Positions 26,781 to 40,450 of a stretch of DNA of 64,000 bases are shown piece by piece. Each line of letters starts with the position of its first letter. Position 1 is the first letter of the stretch. Under the pieces are notes generated by a model that saw only the letters and a program-made list of their open reading frames with translations, was not told where the DNA came from and made no database searches. The position numbers and the translations under genes were made by a program. Source of the DNA: Octopus vulgaris (lineage: Eukaryota); NCBI GenBank assembly GCA_951406725.2, contig OX597815.1, positions 31,062,001-31,126,000 on the forward strand, read 5' to 3'.

Positions 26781-28440
26781 CCATCACCATCACCACCACC
26801 ACTTCCACCTCCACCACCGCCATCACCACCACCACCACCACCACTTTCCCCACCACCACCATCATCACCACCACCACCACCACCACCACCACCACCACCA
26901 TCAACACCACCACCACCATCATCACCACCACCACCACCACCACCACCACCCACCACCACCATCACCCCCACCCCCACTATCCCACTAAATCTTCCCAAAG
27001 TAATCACTAAAACTATCGCAGCCACCTATATACCCCATTACCAGCAACAGACACTAAACAGTTCCATAACCGTTTCTACAAAATGTTACCCCAGCGGCAC
27101 CGAATATACTCAGCGTCACCGAATATACTCAGTCCATTTAAATGTGCACTCAGAATGCTACTTAAATGCCACGATCCTCACTCGTCTCGTACCCACCGTC
27201 ATAGCCATCAACGTAGTCACAACCGACCGACATCACCAAATAGTTAGACCAACACACCACCGACAGCCATCTTTTCTTCCGCTTACGTTTGCCATCACTA
27301 CCTTCCATACAACAATTAGTGCAACCACTACCACCACCACCACCACCACCACCACCCACCACCACCCTCCTCCTTCTCCTCCTCTTCGTCATCATTAACA
27401 TCATTGCCGCCACCACCACCGTTACCATCATCAGCATCAGCAGCAACGCTAACACCAACACCACCCTCAACACCACCACCGCCAAAACCACCACCACTAC
27501 TACCACCACCACCACCACCATCACCACCACTACCATCATCATCACTATCACCACCATCACCACCACTACCACCACTACTACTATCATTATCAGCATCAGC
27601 ATAATCATCACCACCACCACCCTCCTCCTCCTCTAACCCTAACCCATCATCAGCATCAGCATAATCACCATCATCACCATCACCACTACCACAACCACCA
27701 CCCTCCTCTTCCTCCTCTTCGTCATCATTAACATCATTGCCGCCACCACCACCGTTACCATCATCAGCATCAGCAGCAACGCTAACACCAACACCACCAC
27801 CGCCAAAAACACCACCCACCACTACTACCACCACCACCACCACCACCACCATCATCATCACTATCACCACCATCACCACTACTACCACCACCACTACTAT
27901 CATTATCAGCATCAGCATAATCATCACCACCACCACCCTCCTCCTCCTCTTCGTCATCATTAACATCATTGCCGCCACCACCGTTACCATCATCAGCATC
28001 AGTAGCAACGCTAACACCAACACCACCACCGCCAACACCTCCACCGCCAAAACCACCACCACTACTACCGCCACCACCACCACCACCACCACCACCATCA
28101 TCATCATCACTATCACCACCATCACCACCACTACCATCATCATCACTATCACCACCATCACCACCACTACCACCACTACTACCATCATCATCAGCATCAG
28201 CATAATCACCATCATCACCATCACCACTACCACCACACCACCAAAACTACCATCACCACCACCACCACCACCACTACCATCATCATCATCATCATCATCA
28301 CCACCACTACCATCATAATCACCATCATCACCATCACCACCACTACCACCACTACTACTATCATCATCAGCATCAGCATAATCACCATCATCACCATCAC
28401 CACTACCTCCACCACCACCACTACCGCCGCCACCATCATT
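26781..28440. repeat. (CAC/CAT)n low-complexity region with higher-order repeats
   Basis: Block CCTCTTCGTCATCATTAACATCATTGCCGCC recurs at 27381, 27714 and 27946. Confidence 0.9.
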
Positions 28441-29116
28441 ACCTAATCGATGTATCCTTCTCTGCTAACCATTAAATTCCCATCATCAACACTGACTAAG
28501 ACAACAACAACAACAACAGCAGCAAGAACTGCACAAAACAACAGCTTCACTGTTACAAACGCTAACTCTTCTGCCATGTTCGCCAAACATTCGACATCCC
28601 CAGCCCGCACTGCCCCCCTATACTACCGCCATTTCGACGATTCTTGCGAGTATACCACTTGCACACACACTCACACAAACACACGCACATATACATACAG
28701 ATACACAGACACACAGACACACACAGACACACGTTCACCACTAACTTCCTCCATTTACCATCACAAACTCGTCCCTCTTTAACGAATTTTTATCTTCAAG
28801 AACAAGCTACTTGCCCCTCACCTTACATTCATCAATGCCATCATACCACCATTAATCAGCGCAACCCTAAATGCTGAGATTGTCGGCCAACTTCGCAAAG
28901 TCATATAGCCGAGGCAATGCTCGGCCTGCTGGAAATAGCCATATTAGCGCTTAGTTGTCTTCAATAAGAAACAGCGCAATATCCTTAAATCAGGAAGAAT
29001 TGTCTTAGGTAAGGAAGAATTGTCTTAGGTAAGGAATAACGGGTTATGAGATGATACAGTCCTACTATATCGCCGACAAAACGAGATAAGTGTAGTAGCA
29101 CAATTCGATCAATATT

Positions 29117-29699
29117 ATTGTCTACTCTATGCACAAGGCCCGAAATTTTAGGGCAGGGGGTACAGTTGATTACATCGACCCTAGCACGCAACTGGTACTT
29201 AATTTATCGACCCCCAAAAAGATGAAAGGCAAAGTCGACCTCGGCGGAATTTGAACTCAGAACATAAAGATAGACGAAATACCTATTTCCTTACTGCCCA
29301 CAAGGGGCTACACACAGAGGGGACAAATACGGTCAGACAAACGGATTAAGTCGATTCTATCGACCCCAGTGCGTAACTGGTACTTATTTAATCGACCTCG
29401 AAAGGATGAAAGGCAAAGTTGACCTTGGCGGAATCTGAACCCGGAACGTAGCCGCAGATGAAATACATATTTCTTTACTACTTACAAGGGGCTAAACATA
29501 GAGAGGACAAACAAGGATAGACAAACGGATTAAGTCGATTACATCGACCCCAGTGCATAACTGGTACTTATTTAATCGACCCCGAAAGGATGAAAGACAA
29601 AGTCGACCTCTTCGGAATTTGAACTCGGAACGTAAATGTAGACGAAATATCGCTAAGCATTTTGCCGGCGTGCTAACGATTCTCCCAGCTAACTGCATT
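29117..29699 (-). mobile_element. SINE family A trimer (head, two tail-X units, one tail-Y unit)
   Basis: 184-bp period (29284, 29468); TSD ACA(A/G)TTCGATCAATATT at 29100-29116 / 29700-29716. Confidence 0.9.
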
Positions 29700-29850
29700 A
29701 CAGTTCGATCAATATTGACTTAAAGAGGAGATGGGCAATATCAGAAACAACAACAGCAACCATCAACATCAGCAACCCTTTTCTGACCACCACTGCTGAG
29801 AGTTACTCAGTTACAAACCCTTATAGCTACTGCTCAACACGCATTATGCG

Positions 29851-29884
<34 letters not shown>

Positions 29885-29885
<1 letters not shown>

Positions 29886-30255
29886 TTCTATTCTTTTACT
29901 TACTTCAGCCATTTGCGGCCATGCTGGAGCACCCCTTAGAGGGTTTTAGTCGAAGAAATCGACCCTAACACTTATTTTATCGGGCTCTTTTACCGAACCG
30001 CTTCTTTAAGAAAACATAAACACACCAGCATCGGGTGTAAATCGGTGGTGGGCTAGTGACAACATACACACATACACACACACACACGCACACACACATA
30101 TATTATATGCGACGGGCTTCCTTCAGTTTCCGTCTATCAAATCACTTCACAAGGCTTTGGTCGGCCTGAAGCTATAGTAGAAAAGACTCGCCCAAGATGT
30201 CAAGTAGTGGAACTCAACCAGGAACCATGCGGTTGAGAAAGAAGCTTCTTACTAC
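29885..30255 (-). mobile_element. SINE family B, diverged
   Basis: Both halves recognisable, with an internal CA/TA repeat. Confidence 0.8.
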
Positions 30256-30264
30256 ATATATAAA

Positions 30265-30346
<82 letters not shown>

Positions 30347-30357
30347 GTATGTATATA

Positions 30358-30418
<61 letters not shown>

Positions 30419-30774
30419 GTATATATATGTGTATATAAATATATATGCACATACACATATGCACGAAAGATACTGGAAAAGGTATGAAAATACGCCAAAG
30501 TTTTATATTGATGTATATTTTTTTCTAAAAACATTTTTTACTTTTTAATTTAAAGAGAAAATAGCTTTCTTATATATATTTATATGTATGAAAATAAAAA
30601 TATGAAAATACATTTTCACTGAGTAAATATTTTCGTTTTATATATTAACCAGAGAGGCGGTCAAACAGAGACACAACGAGAGAGAGAAGGGGAGAGATTA
30701 ATATATAGATACAGGTTTCATGAATAACAATACACGAAATTCTCGAATCATGAGTAACTTCTGTAGATTAAGTG

Positions 30775-30888
<114 letters not shown>

Positions 30889-30915
30889 TATATAAATATA
30901 TATACATACGTGCAT

Positions 30916-30946
<31 letters not shown>

Positions 30947-30950
30947 CAAA

Positions 30951-30986
<36 letters not shown>

Positions 30987-31751
30987 CGATGGGCTTCTAC
31001 CAAATCCATTCACAAGGTTTTTGGGTGGCCCAAAGTTATAGTAGAAGACACTTGCCTAAAGGAAGGACTGAATCCAGAATTATGTGGTTGGATGCTTCTT
31101 ACCATACAAAAATGTCTGCACCTACATATGTGTGTATGTGTGTGTGTGTGCGTGCGCGCGCCTGTGTGTGCATACATACACACACACTCATATATGTGTA
31201 TGTATACACAAACACCAATGATATCGTCATTATTTCCCTTATGCTACTAACAAAGGATGTTTTTAAACAGTCCTGTGATTTGAGGGAGATTTGGTTCCTT
31301 TTTCTAGCAGCCAAACCTCTATCAAATCATACAATCCTGCTGCTTTCATACAGAAAGATACACCTTACAGAATGTTTAGCTGGTTACAGTAGATCTCTAT
31401 CTAAGCAAAATTGTCAGGGCGAACCTAGGGTTAAATAGTAATACTTCCACGACCACTATGGCCACTTCCCGACTACGACTGTCACTATCACTACCAATAA
31501 CAACAACAACTACAACGCCAACAACAACACAAATGTTTTAATGGAAACACAAATAACATGGGTATTTTCCGATACTGGTTCCCATCATCCGGAAAATTTA
31601 ATTTTCCTCCGTCGTAGTTTCAGGAGATAAATTTCACAGCAGCCATAAAAATGGTGGTCAGGTACAGGGTAAGTGCTGTCCGAGCACTTCCAGTCTTGTC
31701 TCCTGTCCATAGAAGGACAGCAATACGACTGTTGGCATCAACATTTTCTCG

Positions 31752-31883
31752 CATCATCATCATCATCGCTGCCGTGGTCATTGCTATCGATGTCATTGTC
31801 GTCATCAGCAGCATCATCATTAGCATCACCATCATCATCACCATCACCATCATCATCACCATCACCATCATCATCACCATCAC

Positions 31884-31920
<37 letters not shown>

Positions 31921-31976
31921 GCTGTCGTGGTCATTGCTATCGACGCCATTGTCGTCATCAGCATCATTAGCATCAC

Positions 31977-32012
<36 letters not shown>

Positions 32013-32015
32013 TAG

Positions 32016-32052
<37 letters not shown>

Positions 32053-32065
32053 ATCATCATCATCG
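31752..32065. repeat. (CAT)n tract with a 153-bp internal duplication
   Basis: CATCGCTGYCGTGGTCATTGCTATCGA at 31764 and 31917. Confidence 0.9.
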
Positions 32066-32377
32066 ACGGCAACAACGACAGCAGTAGGGATAGGAACGAC
32101 AGCGTCTAATATTGTGCCTACGTATGTGTTTATATTGATATGACCAAGGTTACGATGTCATTTAAGAAACACGCACGGACAAACACATACAAACACACAC
32201 ACACACACACACACATACTCAAACATGCTCAAATACATACATACGTACATAAATACATACATACATACATACATACACACGCGTAGTCACACACATATAA
32301 ATACAAGAATAAAGACACAGTAGACCGAAACTTCGAATTCACTGTATTTATTGTTTTGGAACAATAAATATTATATA

Positions 32378-32410
<33 letters not shown>

Positions 32411-32668
32411 TTGTGTGTGTGTGTATACACATACATACACGCAGGCGTGGCTGAGTGGTGAGGGGGTTGCTTCCCAGCCACATGGTTCTGGAGTTAGTCT
32501 CATTTCTTGTCACCTAATGAAGGCTGGGGTCGACTAAAGTCTTGTTATTGGATTTGATAGGGGAGACTAAAAGAAACCCGTCGTTGATATATATATATAT
32601 ATATATATAGTCTCCATGATAAATCGTTAGCCACTACACACATATTTTTCTCCCCTTGTTTTTTCTGT

Positions 32669-32710
32669 GTCCCTTTCTGTAGAAGAGCGTAGGCTCGAAA
32701 CGTAAAAGAC
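32669..32710 (+). ncRNA. Minimal Penelope-type hammerhead-like motif with variant core, within a (TA)n-embedded element (32610-32800)
   Basis: CTTT-CTGTAGA-A-GAGC-GTAG-GCTC-GAAA-CG-TA-AAAG: stem I, perfect stem II, palindromic ACGT in place of stem III; A6 replaced by U. Confidence 0.55.
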
Positions 32711-32795
32711 TTTTTCTATTTCTGAGCGTTATACTAATACATCTGTTTGTTTTGTACTCCACCTGTCTTCGTCTTTTGTTTTTTTCGTAAACTCT

Positions 32796-32838
<43 letters not shown>

Positions 32839-33361
32839 TATATTAATATATGTGGAGGTGCGAATGCGCGAATATTTCTAGGTGTGTTTGCGTCTGTATT
32901 TGTCTACGTTGCATAGCGGTCCGGCCAAAGTAACCAATAGAATAAGTACAAGAATCTTTTCTACTCAAGGCACTAGGCCCGAATTTTGGGGTAGGAGGTG
33001 CCAGTCGATTAGATCGACACCAGTACGCAACTGGTTCTTAATTTATTGACCCCGATATATGTATATATGTATGTATTCTCTATTTTTTAATTATAAACCT
33101 TATTAAAAATTATAAATCACTGAGAAGGGAGCCGGTGTCCAACAAAGATACAAGGCTCCATCTTTGAGATGTAGTTAACACAGACAAATTCACATTTGTA
33201 ACTTTAGAAAAGTCTTGCATATTTTTACTGTTCCACTCACAAATTGCCCTTGTAATGTATGAGTTAGCTGGTCGATTCCTCGTTCTGAAAATCCCAGTTT
33301 ACCCAGATTCTCATTTAAACATTTACTAACAAAACCTAGTGCTCCAATTATTATCGGTATT

Positions 33362-33880
33362 CTTTTATTCTTTTATTCGTTTCAGACAGTTGATTGTGGC
33401 CGTGCTGGAGCACCACCTTTAGTCGAGCAAATCGACCCCAGGACTTATTCTTTGTAAGCCTAGTACCTATTCTATCGGTCACTTTTGCCGAACCGTTAAG
33501 CTACGGCGACGTAAACACACCTACATCAGTTGTCAAGCGATGGTGGGGGAGACAAATACAGACACACAAGCATATATACATACATAAACATACATGTATA
33601 TACATATATATATATATATACATATATAAATATATACATTTATAAAAATATATATATATATAATATATACATATATATATGTGTGTGGGTGTGTGTGTGT
33701 GTGTATGTATGTATATATATATACGACGGGCTTTCAGTTTCCGACTACCAAACCTACTCACAAGGCTTTGTTCGGCCCAATGCTATAGTAGAAGACACTT
33801 CCTCAAGGAGCCACGCAGTGAAACCAGAACTACGTTGATGTTAAGCAAGCTACTTACCACAGAGCCACTCCTACGCCTAT
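33362..33880 (-). mobile_element. SINE family B, full length, long internal microsatellite
   Basis: Head TAGGCGTAGGAGTGGCTCTGTGGTAAGTAGCTTGC, internal TA/TG expansion, B tail. Confidence 0.9.
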
Positions 33881-34320
33881 GGATTCATAGTCTAGATATA
33901 AAAGCTGGAGGTTTCGAAGCGGGTGTTTATAGTTATTCTCTTTTTCTTTCATTTTCAAAGAGACATTTATATCTGCAGGGCAGCTGACCTCTATGATGGT
34001 ACATACCTTTGCCGCTCTGCCCCAAACAACAATACCCGCCCTGTTACGCTTACACTTGACAGAAGGTTTGGTGGGAATATACCACCAGTATTCCTTGAGT
34101 TGGTGTTTATAAATGTATTCCATAACAGATGGTTTTCTAAGTTAATTTCAGGACAGTTTTTTTTAGCGGATGGCATTGTAAATTGTTTTAGCAAGAACAT
34201 TGTGCCGCACAGGGAGGTAGTACCGTGACGACATTTTAGGACAGCTGCAAATCATATGCGTGATGTCTTCCACAAAACATAGCATAGTCCCAAAAATTTT
34301 GACATCATTTCATCACCTAA
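33881..34320 (-). pseudogene. RLE-type (R4/Dong-like) LINE C-terminal zinc knuckle and restriction-like endonuclease fragment
   Basis: EDITHMICSCPKMSSRYYLPVRHN (CCHC/RHD region), YWW, IIEVSCP..INVSLKMKEKENNY (PD-(D/E)xK region). Confidence 0.8.
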
Positions 34321-34407
34321 CCACGTGAACAACTTTCGTCCAAATTGTCTGAAAATTTAGCAGAATTCAAAACATTTTGAATATATGATCTTTTGTATGC
34401 TTTTCTT

Positions 34408-34646
34408 TTATATATATGTACACATCTATGTATGTATGTATGTATGTATGTATGTATGTATGTATGTACGTATGTATGTATGTATGTATGTTTGTATGTA
34501 TGTATGTATGCATGTATGTATGTATGTATGTATGCGTGTGTGTGTGTATGTATGTATGTATGTATGTATGTATGTATGTATGTATGTATGTATGTATGTA
34601 TGTATGTATGTATGTATGTATGCGTGTGTGTGTGTATGTATGTATG

Positions 34647-34677
<31 letters not shown>

Positions 34678-34735
34678 GTATGTATGTATGTATGTATGTA
34701 TGTATGTATGTATGCATGCGTGTATGCATGCATGT
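34408..34735. repeat. (ATGT)n microsatellite
   Basis: Direct reading. Confidence 0.95.
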
Positions 34736-35213
34736 AGGTCTGTCATTATTCTGTTTTATTTCAAGATACCTTGTCAATAGAAAAGGAGCCGGTTTCTAAC
34801 CTAGATCCAGGGCTTCTTCATTGGAATTTCAAGATCAAGAGCAGGGTATATTTGTAAGTATGTATACGCGCAGATTGTTATGTTTTCTGTTATGTATGTC
34901 TTCTCATGCATATACTTTCATATGTAGACATGCGTATGTGTACTTAAATGATAAACCTCTGGAAAATTTTACAGATTTTTGTGCTTACAGATTTCTGATT
35001 TTGAGAAGCCTAATTTCTCAAGATTAGTATGTATGTATGTATGTATGTATGTATGTATGATATTTATGTATGTATGTATGTATGTATGTATGTATTTATG
35101 TATGTATGCATGTATGTATGTATGTATGTATGTATGTATGTATGCATGTATGTATGTTTGTACATATATGTATGTATATATGAATACATATATGCATATA
35201 TATATATAGATAT

Positions 35214-35252
<39 letters not shown>

Positions 35253-35285
35253 TATAATATATATATATATATATATGTGTATATG

Positions 35286-35358
<73 letters not shown>

Positions 35359-35719
35359 GTGTATGTATGTATGTATGTATGAATGTATGCATATATGTAT
35401 ATATATGTATTCGTTATTGTATTTGTTTTACAAGATTCTTAATGTGAGTTGAAACGAATCTTGCTGTGTCTTGGGAACATCATTACGCCAATATTAATAA
35501 GACACGCACCGTTTCAATTCCAATTCCACTCCTCTATTATTAGCCAATTGGGTAAATATCTAACTTATCGATCGTTTGCTCAACTTGTTGATTAAACAGT
35601 CTAACATATTTTGTTTCATGCTTATTTATTTTTTATTTATTGTCAAAGTTCGTTTGCCGCCATTCGCAACCTTTCGAATGATTATCTCTCCCACTTGGCT
35701 ACGGAGGCCGTATTTGCCA

Positions 35720-35798
<79 letters not shown>

Positions 35799-36331
35799 CA
35801 CATACATATTTATATATATATATACTTTATTAACAACGATGAACATTAAAATAATGTTAATGAGTTTCAGAGGTTCCCATATATATATATAGGCACACAC
35901 ACACGCGCACGCACGCACACTCAGATACACACAAACACACACACACGCATATAATAAATAAGTGTGTATGTTCCCAGTCACATGGTTTGTATAGGGTTGA
36001 TACGAAAGTCGTATGTCGTCAAGAATTTTGCGTATGTCGCATAAGCATCGTGTCATATGTGGGAACTATATTCCATTGTAGGCGTTACTTTAGATTTTTA
36101 AGGTCACTAAGTGATCAGAGATTAACTATTTTCGGCCCTCGAAAATGAAGGTCGGTTTTTAAGATGCAATTTCGGCTGCATTAGGAAAAGGTATCAGCAA
36201 TTGTAATTACTTTTAGGGTTTTAATTATCCTTAATATTTGACGTGTTTCAAGCATCGGACTGTTTCTGCATAACTAAATCCATCCTGGATAAACATAGAG
36301 GTTTGAATATGAATATAATCTAATTCCGTAC

Positions 36332-36564
36332 AAGGCGGCGAGCTGGCAGAACCGTTAGCGCGCCGGGCGAAATGCGTAGCCGTATTTCGTCTGCCGTTAC
36401 GCTCTGAGTTCAAATTCCGCCTAGGTCGACTTTGCCTTTCATCCTTTCGGGGTCGATAAATTAAGTACCAGTTACGCACTGGGGTCAATGTAATCGACTT
36501 AATCCGATTGTCTGTCGTTGTTTGTCCCCTCTGTGTTTAGCCTCCTTGTGGGTAATAAAGAAAC
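36332..36564 (+). mobile_element. SINE family A, full-length monomer with tail X (reference copy)
   Basis: Intact head with A/B boxes, central block and tail X; perfect 19-bp TSD ATATAATCTAATTCCGTAC (36313-36331 / 36565-36583). Confidence 0.95.
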
Positions 36565-37559
36565 ATATAATCTAATTCCGTACTTGCAGGTTTTCGTATT
36601 CATAATTAAGGAAAAACGTGCATCTTCTGCAACACTTGCTTCCTCGATCCATCCAACTTCACAGCATCTTTGATAGGCGTCTTCTACTCCGGACGCTATG
36701 TAACCGGTGTTTTGTGAGTGAACGTTGATAGATAGGCATTGCGCGAAAGCCTGTAGTATAAGTGTGTGTATGTGTGTGTAAGCCAGTGTAAGTAGCTGTG
36801 AATTTTATGACCGTTCAATAGAAGTAATCTCCTAAAAAGATGAGTAAACAAAGGCATTCCATTGCTATCGAATAAAAAGTGTACGAAATTAAGCCCCAGA
36901 TCCATTTTGTTCTCGAACACTATACTCACGTAGTCGGTTACCCGGGTTCTCTGGTGTACAAGTCACCGAGCTCACAACATTCACTTTCAACAGGACGTCG
37001 GTCTGTTTCAAGTTTCAAGGCCAGCAATTCTTTTAAGAAGAGGTGCAAGTTGATTACTTCGACCCAAGTACTTAATCGTTACTTTATTTCATCATCTCCG
37101 AAGAGAAGAAAGACAAAATCGTTCATGATGAGATTTGAACGCAGAACGTGAAAAGACAAAAGAAATACTGCTAAGTACTTTTTTCTGACGTGCTAACACT
37201 TCAATCACTCTCAGCTCCTACGTTATTTGGTCTATATAATTTACTAAAACCACTGAAAGCAATGCCCCAGCATGACTACTGCCCAATGCTCTAAAGTAAA
37301 TAAAAATATAATGGAATATTGTCTTACACAAAGTGAATTCTTTCAATAGATTTAAATTCAAGACTCTTTCAGAATCTATACTGTAATACTTCAACTGTTA
37401 TATGATTAAATGTTGCTTTTACAGACAACATCGCGTGAACGGAGAAGGCATGATATCACAGGAATTTGTTTTCTGTTAAAACTCTTTGAATAGAATTTAC
37501 TATGCGAAGGAATCTTTTTTTTTTATAATACAAGAAACAATGATCATTAATTTACTATT

Positions 37560-38090
37560 CTCAACGATTTCTTTGACAAAATTTTCCTTCTCTTTATAAA
37601 AGACCTGATTAACTGTCTAACCACGAATAACAAACTTCTGATAAAACATACTGAATTATATAAAACTAAAATTGTTGACCTTGTGGAAGGTTGGTGATTG
37701 TAGCTGCTATTGGAATTACCAAAGTTTCATTTCAGAGTCGGTACCGGCTATATGTTCATATCATCACAAATAGTAAAATCAATAAAGGATGGAAAATATT
37801 CCGTCGCCAATAAATATTTATTGGACATTTCTATTCCATTTTAGTTGTCTTCAATCAAGACCGATTTGACTCAAATGAGATATTCAATTCTTCAAGCCCT
37901 CCATCGATTCGTGCCATGCGTCTGCAAATATATGCACAAGCCTGGAAAAGCATTTTAGGAATAATCTGGCAGTTGCTTATAGATGCAAGTAACTTTTCTC
38001 CGCACCATTGTTGCTTATTGAACAGAAAAGCGGCTAGAAGGGGCCAATACAATTTGGCACTAGAGTCTAGTGCTGCTGTCAGAACGCAAA
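37560..38090 (-). pseudogene. Possible decayed hAT transposase fragment
   Basis: ORF segment CAYICRRMARIDGGLEELNISFE loosely resembles the hAT AYLxDI..LNELNxSLQ motif. Confidence 0.3.
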
Positions 38091-38251
38091 AAATCAAGAA
38101 CAGACACCGTAAAACATCTTGTATTACTCTTCAATTCACTGTCCTGGATTTGTGCTTTCTCTTGCCGCTCCCGAAAGGGACAAAGAGCCTAATTAATCTC
38201 AACAGGAATTGAGTTCCGAAAGCAGAGTGTAGGTGGAAATACTGCGATGCA

Positions 38252-38672
38252 GGATCTTTTCGGTTTGAACGGCAGTTTTTAACATAATTTCTAGGTAACT
38301 AAAAAATTTTAAACTTCATATACTGGTAGAATGTGTTTATAAAACATCTTTTTCTCTTGGCTTTATTGAGAAAATTCTATAGTTTGTAAGATATTTGTTG
38401 CTTTTTTTTCTTCAATTTCTGCAATTTCAACCAATCACTGACGTCTATTGAGTTAAAAAAACATTCTGTGCCGTATGAATATATCCCTCGTTCAAGAAGC
38501 AGATTGGGTTTATTTACATTTGTGAAGAAAAAAGATACCTTTCCCCCACCCCTAACCCTAACTAACCCTAAAAAAGATTGAAATGCAATAGATCGATAGT
38601 AGGGTCATAATTATGGGTGACAATTTCATATGACACCGCTAGAAAAAACTGCCGTTCAAACTGAAAAGATCC
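38252..38672. mobile_element. MITE with GG termini and 8-bp TSD (Merlin-like), nested in a minus-strand SINE-A
   Basis: 29-bp TIR GGATCTTTTCGGTTTGAACGGCAGTTTTT with one mismatch; TSD GCGATGCA at 38244-38251 / 38673-38680. Confidence 0.9.
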
Positions 38673-39049
38673 GCGATGCATTCAATCCAATGCTCTAACG
38701 ACTCTTCCACTTCACTGCCTTGATGTTCAAAGTGCATTAACAATTTAAAATGTAAAATTCAGTTAAACATTTCAATTATTTTGTTCAAGGCGTGATAGTT
38801 TTTTTGTAAATTATCGGCCATCTTGGACAAACTTTGCCTAAGGCGATACATATCCCTAAGTTTGCACAGAATGGTGTAAAGTAATTGTTTAAAAGTAGGT
38901 GATTTTAGGCCAGTTACAATCAAGAGACCATATATGTATGTATGTATGTTTAAAGTGTCTTGAAATCTGTTTCGAAATCTAGAGTAACTGTTCTAGCAAC
39001 CAAGTGAATTGCTCTGGTTCAAACTGAGCAACTGTCCTAACGATGAACA

Positions 39050-39101
<52 letters not shown>

Positions 39102-40237
39102 TAATGTATATGCGTCTTTTATTCTATTATATTATATCACATTACATTATATTATATGTTTCATTTGAGTTCAAATACCGCTACAGTCAACCCTGCTTTT
39201 CACTCACGCACGGTGAAGCACTCAAGAACTTGTGATGTAATTGTATTCTCCTCCCTTCAAAAATGCTGGCCTTGTGCCAAAATTACAAAGAATTATATTA
39301 TGTGTGTGAACAGAATAGTTATTTCATGTATATCCTTATATATGTTTGTATAAAAGGGTTTAGAGTTAACTGACTACTGTGGCAGAATTTGAATAAATAA
39401 ATACAAAAATGTAAGAGAGAGAGAGAGAGAGGGGAGAGAGGGGAGAGGAAAGACATATAAAATATAATCGTGACTGCTAAAATTTGGTGCGCAGCAAATA
39501 ACCAAAGAAAAACTCGCCCCGATATCGGATTCCTCCGAAATATTTTAACAGTCACATCGACACTGAGAGCAGATTCGGTTCAATTCAATTTTCATGAGAA
39601 TTTTACTAGTTGACTTTACGATAAAATTATAGCAATAATGAAACTGGGTTGGTGTCGGTTGAGAGCATATGAGCTTAACTAATGATCTCCTAAGGGAACC
39701 CTTCCCACAAATATACCAAATTATTCTTTGTTTCTTTCCGTTTGAAATGCTACACCTCAACCATGATGTGATGCGATGAGTTACACCGAATCCTTGTTGA
39801 TTTTGTCTGATTTTGAAAACTGATTAAGAAATGATTTAGAACTTAAGCATCTCAAAGTAAATGTTTTATATTTGTAAATACTTTCATAGAAAGTCTTTAA
39901 AGTGCGCGTAGATTTTCCACTGAGAATAGTATGAGTCAACAAGAAAGCCTATATGTGGAAGATCGACGTGCTAGATGTGGCAACCAACACTTCCCGATTA
40001 TCGTTCTATCGCAATATTTTTTTCAAAAATGAACGCGTTGCATTATGTAGTCCTAGTATCCAATGCCTCAAACAAAAACAAAAAAAGTGGGGAAAATTAT
40101 GTTCTTGAAGGAAATGCTGCTTTATCATAGGTCTGCTAAGTCAGGGGCTGACCGTGGACTACAGAGCAACAACAACAACAACAGCAGCAGCAGCAGCAGA
40201 AGCAACAGATTTAACGTAGCATTATTTGTTATTTTCT

Positions 40238-40450
40238 AAGGCGGCGAGCTGGCAAAAAATTCAGCGCGCCAGGCGAAATGCGTAGTGGGGTATTTCGCCC
40301 GTCCCTAAGTTCTTAGTTCAAATGCCGCCAAGGTCGACTTTCACCCTTTCGGGGACGATAAATTAAGTACCAGTTGCGTACTGGGGTCGATCTAATCGGC
40401 TGTCTCCCTTCCCCCAAATTTCAGGCCTTGTGAAAAGAAAAGAAAGGATT
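40238..40450 (+). mobile_element. SINE family A, full length, tail Y
   Basis: Head AAGGCGGCGAGCTGGCA; TSD ATTATTTGTTATTTT on both sides. Confidence 0.9.

Noticed and set aside
27162-28439. ORFs up to 302 aa (poly-V/T/P)
   Set aside because: Stop-free by construction of CAC/CAT repeats, open on both strands
28992-29035. 20-bp tandem duplication AGGAAGAATTGTCTTAGGTA
   Set aside because: Ordinary local slippage or repair duplication; a similar one occurs at 27098-27132
25460-29699. CRISPR-like or satellite array
   Set aside because: Units are SINE bodies without unique spacers; eukaryotic context
31624-31668. 45-nt plus-strand exon (EINFTAAIKMVVRYR)
   Set aside because: Good splice signals but too short, no homology, and on the opposite strand to the other candidates; chance occurrence is likely
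34317-34799. YIHT/MYVC-repeat ORFs (and similar ones throughout the window)
   Set aside because: Tetranucleotide and dinucleotide microsatellite artefacts
35431-35463. Hairpin CAAGATTC…GAAACGAATCTTG resembling a hammerhead skeleton
   Set aside because: Lacks CUGANGA and the NUH triplet
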